DNA of 64,000 nucleotides from a virus: IMG/VR virus record IMGVR_UViG_3300042197_002762, positions 32,001 to 96,000 of that record; one strand, 5' to 3'. Shown piece by piece: positions 36,101 to 46,900 of this stretch (position 1 is its first letter; each line of letters starts with the position of its first letter). The notes under the pieces were generated by a model. It saw only the letters and a program-made list of their open reading frames with translations, ran no database searches and was not told where the DNA came from. The position numbers and the translations under genes were made by a program.

Positions 36101-39100
36101 TGCTAAAGGTGCCGTTGGTGTGTCTTTTGAAGGTGGATTATTAACATTACTTAAAAGAGATGTTCAGAAAAGTGCTCAAAATGCTCGCATTGATTTTACA
36201 CAAGATCGAATAAACTCTAAATTTAAATCTCTATTTCATGGTGCTCCTGGAACTTATGAAGCAAAATATAGCCCTTCTTTAACTGGCGAAGTTTTGCAAA
36301 AAATGTTAAGAGGGGCTGGGGTTGGTGAAGTAAAGCGAGTAAAAAGTGGTCCTGGAGCAGGAGCTTCGATGAAACAGAGAGAAGCGGTTTTAGCTAGCAT
36401 TAATAAAGATGTAGCGGAAGGTAGAATTACTCAACCAAGAAGAGGAAATGCTCTTGAGGCAGAAGTAAGAAGAAGATTGCCTCTTATGTTCCCAGGTTCG
36501 GTAAAAGGCGCTGCCGCTGGTTATATTCCAAATTTTGCAGCACCACTCGTAAGAGCAGTAGACGACAAAGAATTACGAATGATGTTATCTAAATTTGGCA
36601 AAGGATTTTCTTTCCAAGGTAAATCTTCTGAACAGTCCGCCTTAGAGTTTTTTGGCGGATCTGGAACTTATATGTGGGATGCTCTTTCAAGACCAGGCGA
36701 ACAAATGAGCGACAGACAAGCTTATAAACAAAATATTGGTCGCGCAAAAAATTGGTCCACAGCTAGAAAACAAAGTTCTTGGCTGGTAAGATATAATAGA
36801 AGTAAATTAAAAGATTCCGAGCTACTTCCAGATATGGAAACTGGTGGCGCTTCTGTTTACGGATTACCTTTAAGTAAAGATCAAATTGTTTGGCCTATTA
36901 AGCAAGCTAATGGGGCTGGTAGAATTTTTGAAAAAGATATTCCAGCATTTTTAAGTGGCCAAGTAAATGATGCAATAAAACGTGAAAGAGAAGCTGGTAT
37001 TCCTAAAAATAAAATTTATTTGGCGCAAGAAAAAGCTCTTACTAAAACAAATCCTATGGGTCTTGGAGTATTTAATAAATTACAAGAGCCAAATGCCGCT
37101 ACTAGAAAAACAGCTATGCGTAGCAAGGGTTTTGCGAGTGGTTATATTCCCAATTTTGCTATTGAAGATCCGGATATGCAAGCTGCTGATTTGGGTTCAT
37201 CTATTGGAGCAGTTGTTGCGCAATTAGGATTTTTAGCTTTTGGCTTACAAGGGGCTGGAGAGCAATACAAACAATCGTTAGCAGAGTTAACAAAATCAAA
37301 TGTTAATACTGCAAAAATTAATTCCAAAAATCTTAGAGAAAGTACTTCAAGAAGACTTCTTGTAGGTAATACTGCTGCTGCGCAAGGTGGGGCCAGAATA
37401 CGACCGGATGGGTCTCGTGGTCGTGATTTTTCAAACTATACTGGGGGTAAAACGGGCAAAGAATTTGGTGATTTGAGAAGAGCGTCGAGAAGCCCACTAT
37501 CACAACAAAGAAGAGATGAGGCGGCTAGAGAACTAAGAGCAGCTAGAGCAGCAGAAAGAACAGCCGCAAGAGGAACTGGTGGTCAAAAATTTGCAGCAGC
37601 AGGTAAGGCTGGTGGATTTGGTTTGGCTTTAGCTGGCCCGATTTTAGGTGAAACAATTAAAAATGCATTTGGACAAGAAACTCCTGGCGCAAGACAGGCC
37701 GGAACTGTTGCGGGAGCAGCTGGCGAAATTGCAGGTTTTGCTGGCACAGGAGCTATATTTGGACCTGTTGGTGCGGCAGTTGGCACTGTAGTTGGCTCTT
37801 TACTGACAATACCAAAAATTGTGGGGGCATTCGCTTCCGACTTCCCAGAATTATCTAATGCGGCTAAAAAAGCTGGAGAAGAATTAACGAAATTTAGCGA
37901 TTCTGGAGCGAAATTATTAACATCATTTGAAACTTTACAAAAAGGATTGGAAGATCCTGGAACTTCACAAGAAGTTATAAATAAAGCATCGGAAGAATAT
38001 GCTAAAATTTTGTCTGGACTTTCCGCAGAAGATCAAAAACGTTTATCTGCGGCTGCAAAAACGGGAAAATTAGAAACTGAATATGCGAAAATTTTAGCAG
38101 AAAAAACTGCTGAATTACAATCTAGAGAAGCTGCTGCTAGCTTAGGTCAAGCGACTGGAGATGTAGAATCAAGGAATTTTATGCGAAATGCCGCGAGCTA
38201 TCTTAATTATTCTCCTATAGTGGGTGGAGCTAGCGCTATTTCACAATCTCTTGGTGGTCCAGGCTTACAAGATTATATAGATTATTATTTACCAAGTTTA
38301 ACTGGAGTGGGTACCGAATCTGATAAAACAAATCAAGCTGTTTTTGCACAATCATTAACGCAAGGTAAAAGTGGCGGAGATGCTCTAAAAGCTTTAGAAA
38401 AAGCTGGGGGTACTGGTGTTGTAAAACAACTAAATCAAATACAAACTGGAGACGTTGGCGCTTTAGAAGCATTACTTAATAAAGTAATTCCAGAGCAAGA
38501 GGGTAAAGCTGATATTGTCGCACAATTTATTGCACAAGCAAATAATAATGCCCAAGATTTTCAAAATGTTGTTGGTAGTCTTGGCCAAAGTTTCTTAAAA
38601 ACAATGGAAACTGCAAAAGGTGCTAAAACGGCTGCTGATGAAATGCTTGCAGCTCAAGAAGCAGAAGCTAAAAAGAAAAAAACGGCAGTAGAAGCTACCA
38701 ATAAAATTATAGAAAATTTAGAAAGAAATATAAGGGTTGCGCAATTTGCAGCAGAATCAGAAAGAGCACTCGCTCGTTCTAGAGAAAAATTCGCTAGACA
38801 AGAATTATTTGCAGATCGTTTTACTAGAAAAACGGAAACAGCTGGGGCAATTGTTGGGACAGACGCCCCATTAGCACAAGCTTTTGGGTTAAGAGAAGAA
38901 ATTGCTACTATTGCTCAATCACAAATAGAAAGTATTGAAAATATAAAATTTAGTTTTGTAGATACAATTAATTCTTCTATTAATGATGCATTTAAAGATG
39001 CAACAGGCGCCACCATTTCAGGGGCAAGGCAGGATGGAACATCTAAAGATGTAACAAAAACAAATGATCAATTATCTTCACAAGCTTTTCAACAAACTCG

Positions 39101-40742
39101 CGCATTTAAAGAAGTCCAATCTGTTTTAAATCAATATTTAAAAAGTTCTGGAACTGTCAATACAGAGGCTTTATTAGCCCAGATTGATCAAAAACTAGCT
39201 GACGCAAAAGTTAATGACGCAACAAGATTAAAAATAGAACAACAATTAAAAGAAGAATCTTCTAAAGTAAATGGCGAGATTAAACTTTTAAAACAAGAGT
39301 CCGTACAAAATTTTAAAAAATTAGCTAAGGAACAGTTACAAAGAATTCTTATTCAAAAAATTGGTCAAGCCCAGGCTTTTGGGGGTGGGATAGATGAATT
39401 TTTGAATCCACGCGAGGCGGGGGAGGGTGCTTTTGATAAGGTTACAGAATCAGTAAAAGCATTCGATCAATTCGAAGGCCAACAAGCAGATTTTCGTTTT
39501 GATTACCGGCAGGGTACAAACGATTTTAGATATCAATACGGGGCAGCCCAAAGGGCTAGACAAGAAATGGCTCCAGAATTTGGTAGAGAGGCGTTAAAGC
39601 TTATTGGAAATTTACAAAATATTACAGGATACACACCAGACCCACAAGGCAAAGCTTTTCAAGCTGGAGTTACTGGCTTAGAAGAATTTTTAAGGAGAAG
39701 GGTCACTGAGCTACAAACTCTTGCTAAAGATCCAGGTACTGGCCAATTAGAGAGAGATGAAATTAATGCAGCTTTATCAACTATTCCCGAACTAGGCGGT
39801 CTTAAAACAATAGCAACATTACAAGTAGCTAGACAAACTGGCGCATTAGATGAAACACAATACGAAGCAATTACTAAAAAATATCAGGATCCAGTTTTAC
39901 AAGCTTTAAGAGAACGTGCAATTCAAGTAGGCGGAACTGAAGGGGCAGCATTATTAGAAGAAGTAAAAAAATTAGCTAAAGACCGAATAACAACAGAAGG
40001 CGCAGAACCTACTGTCGAAGCAATAAATACAACAAATAGTATTCTTAATGATATTTTAACATCTCCAGGAATTAATGGTCAAAGATCTAATGATGTTTCA
40101 GATGTTGGGGCCATTGCTGATAAATTATTAAAAAATGCACAATCGCCTACTATCAACCCACAACTAATAGGACAAGCAACTCCCGTTACGCCTACAACAA
40201 CTACAGCGGCTGCACCAACGACTCCACCTATTAGTCAAATTCCAGCAATTATTGATTTTACACCAGTAGTTTCAGCTGTTGCGATAGGTAACTCATTCTT
40301 ATCAAGTATCGCAGATTCAATATTAGATATTAAACAAATTCAAGACATCGATAAAGATTATGGTAATTATGATACCAGATCAAGAGAAAAAGAGGCTCTC
40401 AGCAAAATACAAAGTAAAAATGAGAATTTCACAAGTAAAATTCCCGCAACAACTGGAACCGTAGCAGGTATCGGGGGTGAAGTATTAGTTCAAAGTATTA
40501 ATACATTAGTAGAAGCTTTAAGACAGCAACCAGCCCAAAATAATTCTGCACAAAGCCAAGGCGTGACACAACCAAATATTCAAACAACAACAAATGCCCC
40601 AGTTACTTTAGTTGTAAATGCTGAAAGCTCCACAGATATTGCTACTGCTGTTGGTGAAGCTGTTCAAAATGCAATCCCGACAATTATTGACAAAGTAAAA
40701 GTAGCGCTTGGTCAAAAGGTTCCACCAAAGGCAGGGGGTTAA
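33192..40742 (+). CDS. Tape measure protein with internal repeat-delimited cassettes
   Basis: 2516 aa; TP901-type core (AEAATEFSRQG, KFATVDAAFAVS, GNSFKTIFTRL); Ala/Gly-rich helices. Confidence 0.92.
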   Translation: MAAITLDIGGNTRRLDRDIQKTVNKVYNINLKTKGDQPLGRITGQVNEFNKSLDASNARVIAFGASAGIIFGVERAFTALLTSVVEVQKSLQDINVILNVSSKELQKFGGELFNIAKNTGQTFQAVAEAATEFSRQGLGLEETLKRTSEALILSRLSGLDTVKSVEALTAAVNSFASQAVSATEVVNKFATVDAAFAVSSADLADAVARVGSSAAQSGVSLNELIAIVTSAQQTTARGGAVIGNSFKTIFTRLQRTKVVSLLESLGVETVGAGGQVKSTIQLLQDLGTVYDTLGAQQQAYVAEQVGGVFQINILKAALADLGKEYSIYNNALNVSASATDQAVRRNEELNKTYAAQLNALQENARQLAAVGGERLFGPSIDRLVGGTNQLLSGFNESDAQGFGVTLGRGILDGLGQFIAGPGLVLIGGVLLKLFKDLANFATGSVKQLLGLNTASAQQRDLQASISQILSKNPQLIDLALQGQKGLNTVANQLLTSLQQQTVELQKQAALASQLSKAFIGAGVRISGGIPVAPTPGRPGKAAGYIPNFASPQNKIAETIGAYQAGYEPGRIFNKRLYDGQGGSFLATVNSAESFDTVVGPNGNKGTFVTPPNGFAAKGFVPNFAKSIKTDDSSKIFGAGRVFENAVGLAAGLQKEYFEDNFILDYEPNVWAGKQDIKKILGINQRTNYGDAKLSAQGNNLTSYLSKVIRYDSGLRGVQKVGNIKDFNQKFGLRKKIDISKRGPNNINLSQPGGGAVIIPGNKKGDGSKDRTVNIKARLSELKKVNSSIANVFANPNNKYGIDPKSKSDPIFSLKNVLIDTTEVLRSGTFGAQGKEERERKARNIASRFTSKSFASGFIPNFAQTPTQSNKVVELGDTTTNPLFRGKVSSLIYPQVSENKSKAQGETTYLGKKYRGLVSIAGINKKALKGEIPDLEANLDQLLLREANEFGRAIGGTEFLQSASELPNIGAAKGAVGVSFEGGLLTLLKRDVQKSAQNARIDFTQDRINSKFKSLFHGAPGTYEAKYSPSLTGEVLQKMLRGAGVGEVKRVKSGPGAGASMKQREAVLASINKDVAEGRITQPRRGNALEAEVRRRLPLMFPGSVKGAAAGYIPNFAAPLVRAVDDKELRMMLSKFGKGFSFQGKSSEQSALEFFGGSGTYMWDALSRPGEQMSDRQAYKQNIGRAKNWSTARKQSSWLVRYNRSKLKDSELLPDMETGGASVYGLPLSKDQIVWPIKQANGAGRIFEKDIPAFLSGQVNDAIKREREAGIPKNKIYLAQEKALTKTNPMGLGVFNKLQEPNAATRKTAMRSKGFASGYIPNFAIEDPDMQAADLGSSIGAVVAQLGFLAFGLQGAGEQYKQSLAELTKSNVNTAKINSKNLRESTSRRLLVGNTAAAQGGARIRPDGSRGRDFSNYTGGKTGKEFGDLRRASRSPLSQQRRDEAARELRAARAAERTAARGTGGQKFAAAGKAGGFGLALAGPILGETIKNAFGQETPGARQAGTVAGAAGEIAGFAGTGAIFGPVGAAVGTVVGSLLTIPKIVGAFASDFPELSNAAKKAGEELTKFSDSGAKLLTSFETLQKGLEDPGTSQEVINKASEEYAKILSGLSAEDQKRLSAAAKTGKLETEYAKILAEKTAELQSREAAASLGQATGDVESRNFMRNAASYLNYSPIVGGASAISQSLGGPGLQDYIDYYLPSLTGVGTESDKTNQAVFAQSLTQGKSGGDALKALEKAGGTGVVKQLNQIQTGDVGALEALLNKVIPEQEGKADIVAQFIAQANNNAQDFQNVVGSLGQSFLKTMETAKGAKTAADEMLAAQEAEAKKKKTAVEATNKIIENLERNIRVAQFAAESERALARSREKFARQELFADRFTRKTETAGAIVGTDAPLAQAFGLREEIATIAQSQIESIENIKFSFVDTINSSINDAFKDATGATISGARQDGTSKDVTKTNDQLSSQAFQQTRAFKEVQSVLNQYLKSSGTVNTEALLAQIDQKLADAKVNDATRLKIEQQLKEESSKVNGEIKLLKQESVQNFKKLAKEQLQRILIQKIGQAQAFGGGIDEFLNPREAGEGAFDKVTESVKAFDQFEGQQADFRFDYRQGTNDFRYQYGAAQRARQEMAPEFGREALKLIGNLQNITGYTPDPQGKAFQAGVTGLEEFLRRRVTELQTLAKDPGTGQLERDEINAALSTIPELGGLKTIATLQVARQTGALDETQYEAITKKYQDPVLQALRERAIQVGGTEGAALLEEVKKLAKDRITTEGAEPTVEAINTTNSILNDILTSPGINGQRSNDVSDVGAIADKLLKNAQSPTINPQLIGQATPVTPTTTTAAAPTTPPISQIPAIIDFTPVVSAVAIGNSFLSSIADSILDIKQIQDIDKDYGNYDTRSREKEALSKIQSKNENFTSKIPATTGTVAGIGGEVLVQSINTLVEALRQQPAQNNSAQSQGVTQPNIQTTTNAPVTLVVNAESSTDIATAVGEAVQNAIPTIIDKVKVALGQKVPPKAGG
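34818..37157 (+). repeat. Five G[YF][IV]PNFA protein repeats inside the TMP
   Basis: Start at 34818, 35043, 35757, 36519 and 37140 (aa 543, 618, 856, 1110, 1317). Confidence 0.95.
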
Positions 40743-40747
40743 TTTAA

Positions 40748-42385
40748 ATGGCAAATTTATTATTTGATAATGTTGAAGTATTAGGTTACGATCATCAAAA
40801 TAATTTTTTTGGTGAAAGATCTTTATTTTATTCATCTTTAAGAACAATATCAATCCGTGGTTATATACTAGATTTGGTAAATAGTAGCGGTGTAAAAGGC
40901 GTCTTTAATAATGCGAAAGACATTATTAAATTAACTCAAGATTTCCAAGAAATAATAATTAATGGCGAAAACTTCGGCGTAGGTAAAGTAAAATCTTTTT
41001 CTGTTGATTCTGGAAATTGGGTTCGTTACACTCAATACGAAGCAACGATTGAAGTTTTATTAGAAGTCCCAATTGCAGATTTGGATTCCAAAGAATTTAC
41101 TGGAATAAATGTCGGCAATAAACAATTAAATTTAATTAAAAGTTTTTCGGAAAGTTTTTCTTTAAACTTTGACACGCAAAATAAAGTTTTAGGTGGAGAA
41201 CATTCTATTGATATAGAATATGATGCAGATAATAAAAACATTGATATTATAAGATTTGCCCAATCTTTAGCTACTGAATTATTAAAAACAATACCATCTA
41301 ATTCTAATATTGCAGAAGGCAATTATATTACTAGAAATAATTACAAAGTTTTAAATAGTGAAAACTATAATACTGTTACTGGCAAATGTGGTTTTAGAAG
41401 AACTTTTTCATATAGTACTTTAAATGCTAATAAGAATTACTCTTTTATTAGAACACACTCCGTTGAAATAAATGAAGATGGTATTGCGACTGCCAGCGAA
41501 AACTGTTCAATAAAAGCAGAATTTGATGTACCATCTTTATACGAAAATGCTTTAATTGGTTATAACGAACAAATCGCTGGGGTTTATTCTAGATGCAATA
41601 CGGTATTCCAAAACTATAAAACAAAATTTAATATTATCACAAATTTAAACCAGCAGTTTATTAGCAAATCTGTTCAAGTTAATAAATTCAATGGCACTAT
41701 TAATTTTACTATAAATTTTGATAACGATCCTAAAAAAATTAATTCTTCTTATATTTGGGAATATGTAAGTAATTTAGACAGAAGCGAAAATGGAGTATGG
41801 ACTACTTCCGAAAATGGTTCTGTTAAAGGAAATGGTAAAGTTGGTTCTATTGATAAATACAATAATGCTAATACTGGGTGGAATACAGCTAAGGGCGGTA
41901 TATTTGGTAGAGTAACATCTTTTTATAACAATGAAGCTACAAATAAAATTGGGGGAACTTTGAAAGAAATTAGTAAAACAATTAATCGTAATAAATACGA
42001 AGGTTTTATTAATTATAATTATACATATACAGACGATCCAACAATTAAAGATGGTTCTGATTCAGGTATTAAAAAAGTGGATATTGAAAAAACGGACACG
42101 GGACTTTTGCCAATCACAAAAGATTTTATTATACCAAATAGAACTTTTGCGTTAAATCAAAATAGAGATTTAAAACAACAGGGTACATATACTGTAAAAG
42201 TAAGTTTAGAAATTGGATGTACTTCTACTAATGTTCTTAATAGTTGGAATTATTTTACAAAAGCACAACAATATGCTGGGGGTAAACCAAATTTAGGTAA
42301 TGATGAATACTTAGAAGCAATTAATTATTCATCCAACGAAACAGATAGAACAATATCATACGAGGCAACTTATAAATATTCATAA
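40748..42385 (+). CDS. Tail tip/distal tail protein (putative)
   Basis: After the TMP; beta-rich; similar pattern to the next gene. Confidence 0.6.
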   Translation: MANLLFDNVEVLGYDHQNNFFGERSLFYSSLRTISIRGYILDLVNSSGVKGVFNNAKDIIKLTQDFQEIIINGENFGVGKVKSFSVDSGNWVRYTQYEATIEVLLEVPIADLDSKEFTGINVGNKQLNLIKSFSESFSLNFDTQNKVLGGEHSIDIEYDADNKNIDIIRFAQSLATELLKTIPSNSNIAEGNYITRNNYKVLNSENYNTVTGKCGFRRTFSYSTLNANKNYSFIRTHSVEINEDGIATASENCSIKAEFDVPSLYENALIGYNEQIAGVYSRCNTVFQNYKTKFNIITNLNQQFISKSVQVNKFNGTINFTINFDNDPKKINSSYIWEYVSNLDRSENGVWTTSENGSVKGNGKVGSIDKYNNANTGWNTAKGGIFGRVTSFYNNEATNKIGGTLKEISKTINRNKYEGFINYNYTYTDDPTIKDGSDSGIKKVDIEKTDTGLLPITKDFIIPNRTFALNQNRDLKQQGTYTVKVSLEIGCTSTNVLNSWNYFTKAQQYAGGKPNLGNDEYLEAINYSSNETDRTISYEATYKYS

Positions 42386-42386
42386 T

Positions 42387-43994
42387 ATGAGTAATCAAGT
42401 AAAAATTCTATATAATGGTAAGGATGCTTTTAGTGGTATTTCAACAGTCCCATTTGTTTCGATTTCAAATGATTATATTGATTTTGGTACAAAATGGAAT
42501 CAAGTAACTAACATTACCTTAGAGGGGCAGTTAACTGGTAAATTTTTAGGACAAGCTTCTTATGGTTTACTTGCGGATGCGGCTAGAAAATTACATGAAA
42601 ATTTCAATCAAAACTATAAAACTTTATTAATTACAGAAAATGGTTCTGGATTATATACAGGACTTAATACAATTATTAATTCTATTAATATCGAACAATC
42701 TTCTTGGTATGGATTATTACCCTATTCAATTGATTTAACCGTATATGATTCTGGACTTTTTAAAGATTATTATGGAGTTGTGGAACCAGAAGAAACCTTT
42801 TCTTTTGACGAGGAAGACGGGGATATACTAAATCTTGTTCATTCAATTTCGGCAAAAGGTATTGTAGCTAAAAATAAAAATGCAATTGAAAATGCAAAAG
42901 AATGGGTTTTATCAAAAACAGGTAATTTTACCGGTATTTCGCCTATATTAATAAAAAATTTCAGAGCGGCGAGTAACAAACCATTTTTACTATATTCGAC
43001 ACAAGAGGTGGTAGATAGATTTAACGGTACGTATTCTTGGGAAGGAACATATAAAAAATCTACAAATTTAGAAAGTCCTAATAATGCTATTTTGAATTAT
43101 ACTGTAGATTTAAATTCTGGAATTGAAGACGGGATTGTTACGGCAAACATAAATGGCGGTTTAGAAGGTAATAATATCGAAGTTTTAAGAACTGAATACA
43201 ATAATTTAGATTTATATAACATATGCAGTGAAATTTGTAATCGCGTTTTTAAAGAGCCAATTTCTAACAGGCCAATATCACAATCAGTCGAAGAAACAGC
43301 AGAAGAAAACAGATTAGAGTTTAGTTCTACATATAATAATGATTACTCAGATCAATTAGTAAATAATTATACGGTTGATATTAATGAAGACTCTTTAAAG
43401 TGTATAAGAACCGTTACATTAAATTCTACAATATCATGTAAGTATGGTGATCTAGCCACAAAATGGCAAAAAGTAAATGATTTTTATAAAACTAAATTTT
43501 TTCCATATTCTCTAGCTTCAGAAGAATTTTTTTCAGAATTTGGTGCTGCGAATTTAAATCCCGTCCCATTAACAGAATCAATTAGTTTTGATAGTTTTAA
43601 TGCCCAAATTACTTATAACGCACAATATTCAGATAAGCCCCTAATTTTTAGCGCTGATATTTTAAATGTAAGTTCTAATGTTACATTTAATCCATCAATA
43701 TTTATTCATGTTCCTAATACATCAGCTTTTACAGCTAGAGAACACAATATTCAAAATTTAAGGTGTGCTAATAGATCAAAAGTTCAAATTTCTGTAACAG
43801 CTACGGCTAGAATGAACAAAAATATATCATCGGCGGAAAGCGCAGCTATTAGTGAAATTAATAGAATTAAATCAAACTATACAAATGGTCGTGCAAATCT
43901 ATTATTGGAAGACAGAAGCTTTTCAAGAAATAATGATATTAAGACTGTAACAATAAATGAAACATGGTCTTTTGATGGATCCCTAATCTCATAA
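42387..43994 (+). CDS. Tail tip protein, apparent paralogue of 40748..42385
   Basis: Similar length and repeated strand motifs (HSISAKG, TYNAQY). Confidence 0.55.
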   Translation: MSNQVKILYNGKDAFSGISTVPFVSISNDYIDFGTKWNQVTNITLEGQLTGKFLGQASYGLLADAARKLHENFNQNYKTLLITENGSGLYTGLNTIINSINIEQSSWYGLLPYSIDLTVYDSGLFKDYYGVVEPEETFSFDEEDGDILNLVHSISAKGIVAKNKNAIENAKEWVLSKTGNFTGISPILIKNFRAASNKPFLLYSTQEVVDRFNGTYSWEGTYKKSTNLESPNNAILNYTVDLNSGIEDGIVTANINGGLEGNNIEVLRTEYNNLDLYNICSEICNRVFKEPISNRPISQSVEETAEENRLEFSSTYNNDYSDQLVNNYTVDINEDSLKCIRTVTLNSTISCKYGDLATKWQKVNDFYKTKFFPYSLASEEFFSEFGAANLNPVPLTESISFDSFNAQITYNAQYSDKPLIFSADILNVSSNVTFNPSIFIHVPNTSAFTAREHNIQNLRCANRSKVQISVTATARMNKNISSAESAAISEINRIKSNYTNGRANLLLEDRSFSRNNDIKTVTINETWSFDGSLIS

Positions 43995-43995
43995 T

Positions 43996-46900
43996 ATGGT
44001 AAATATAATCTCAGGTATGAATTTTTTGGTAGAAGCCTTGAATATCGATATTCAAGATATTCCTGCTGCATTTTCATTTAGAGCAAATCCTACATTTAAT
44101 ACTAATATCATATATCCTGACCCTTGGGCATCTGGGTCATCTTCTGGTATCTTAAATACAGTTGGCGGAAATGGTTTTTTTACTTATTCTGGGACAGGTA
44201 ATTTTAATGGAAACAATTATTTTAATTTAAATAAAAATTATTCTTTTAATAATTCTACAATATTTTTATCATATGAAAAGTTAAGATCTGGTAATGAAAT
44301 CTTATTATCTTCAATAACAGGAAATTCTTTTAATAACTCTTCTGGTTTTAATCTAGGGATTAATGACGCAAATAAATTATATTTAAAATATTGGAATAAT
44401 GTTGAAGGGCCATTTACTTTTACTTATAGTGGAATTTTATCAGATAAAAATATTATTGTAATTAATAGAAGTGATTCAATTATTACATTAGGACATTTTA
44501 ATAATAATACTTTTGAATTTTCATCACAAGAATTTGAAATTTTTCAAAATAATTTTATTAATAGTTCTAATTTATTTATTGGTGGTACGCCAAACCGTCC
44601 AAATTGGGATTTAAATAATCCATCTAATTTTAGTGGTTATATGGACAGATTGTATATATTTAATAATATACCATTTGTTTATGCTAATGTTTTATCTCGT
44701 GGACTGTTTTCTGAGCCAACTGGTTTCGCGGGGGAATTAGAAGAATACTGTTACACAACAGGATTTTTATCTGGATCTGGTTTTTCTTATTCTACAGTTA
44801 CTGGAGTTTTAGTTTCGGGTTTTCAAAGTGGAATTACTGGAATTACTGGCTATCAAGAAGTTATTTCAGGCAGTTCTTTTACTGGTATTACTGGGTATAG
44901 TGGAAAATATTTAGGTTCATATATTGATAATTGTGGAAATAATATTGACATAATAGAACAAGTTCCGCTTTCTGGTATTATATCAAATGAAATTACAATA
45001 ACGGTTCCTTTAACTGGAATTACTTTTGTAACTGGTTTTGTTGATGTCCCACTTATTGGTGTCGAAACTGGTATCCAAAATGTTTTTGTAACAGGACTTA
45101 TTTGTGATTCGTATTTCAATAATATTGGAGATGTTTTATATGCATATGATGAACCTTATTTATCATCTTTATCTTATAAAGAAATAAGCTTATTGACCAC
45201 TGTAAACCCAAATAAAATTGAGCCGACTGGTAATGATATTATTGAGATCTATGCCGAAAAATATCAACCTAAAACTTTAGAGTATAATAAAAATTTAGCT
45301 TACGATACTTTAAATGAAAATTATTTTTACATTGACCGAGAATTTAAACCTAATGAAGTTCTTATGTTCGGTAATGGTCAAGCTCTTATTGATAATGGAT
45401 ATGAACTTATTCCAAGCGGATATGAAATAATAAGAAGTCCTAATTTTGACTATTTTATTACAGGGACAACTGTAGAAACAAATAAATTTTTTGGAGCAAA
45501 AGATTATTTATTTTATGATTTTTTTAGTGGTAGATCTAGTTTTTACCCAAGATTGAGTAATATTTTTGGGGAAGTTTTTTATCAATCTAGTAATAGTGGT
45601 GTAGATGCTTTTGTTTTTAAAAATGGTCAAAAATTAATTAGTGGTATTGATTATTCTGTAGATAGATTAAATTCAGCGCAATTAATATATGGTTCTGGCA
45701 ATCGTGCAGAATTAGGTTGGAATTTAAATTTAAATGAAGATGGTGATTTGCTAATGGTATCTGATCGTGGCTCCCGTACTATTGCTCAAAATCTTTATAT
45801 ATATAATAAAGACTCTAATTCACAATGGAATTCATCTCAGACATTAACAGGTTTAATGAAGATTGTATGGACTGGGCCGAACTCAGTTATAAGTAGAGAT
45901 TTTGGATCCTATTTAAGTAAAAATGGTAAGGTATTGGTTGTTTTAAATTCTAAGGAAATAGATATTTTTACCGGTTCTAAAAATTCTAACTGGAGTTTAT
46001 GTAAAAATTTTAAATATTCTGCTAATTTTCCTTTGGGTTCTGTTTTTCATACACAGTCTGTCCAAATAACAGACGTTATTACCCCACTTAACGAAGTTAC
46101 CATGAATTACGATGGATCTTTAATTTTAGTTAACGCTCCAAGATTAAGTGGATATTCAGAGAATTCAAGGATTTTAATATTAACAGGTTCTTTAGAAAAT
46201 GGAGATTGGGTTCAAACTAGTTTTTTAGATACTTCATTATTATATATCAGGCCCTATTCTTTGAGACAGCTTAATTTAAATAATGATGGCACAATTTTAG
46301 GGATCGCTGAAAGATTTAGTGCTTGGCCAGGACCATTTGTTGGGCATGTTAGGATTTTAACTGGTTTTATTAATAATTGGAATTTATGTTCAATAATTAG
46401 TGGATCTGGTATTGGGGGCTCGTTAGCCATGTCTAATGACGCAAATATTATATGTACTAGCAACCCATATAGTGGAAATAATATTTCTCAGTATGGAGCG
46501 GGTGCAATTTATATATATACAGGATCAGTTTCTAATGGTTGGAATTTGAAACAAACTATTACGGGAAGTCATGATAATCGTGGAGATGCGATTGGTCGCA
46601 AAATAAAAATTTCAAACGACGGAAATACAATTTTATTCAATGCTGGAATAAGTAATAATACTTCGCCTACAAAAAATAGAATAATAAAATATAAAGGTAA
46701 TAAAAATATGGGGTGGTTACCAGATAATATTTATTATCCAAATAATTTTCAACAAGATAGTGAATTTATAAATTACGGTCAAAATATTGAATTAAATGGT
46801 TTGGGGAATGCTTTTATGACTACTGCTCCTACAACTACTATTTATCCAAATGAGAGTGTAGGGGCTCTTTATACATACGGAGAAGGAATGAATTTGTATT

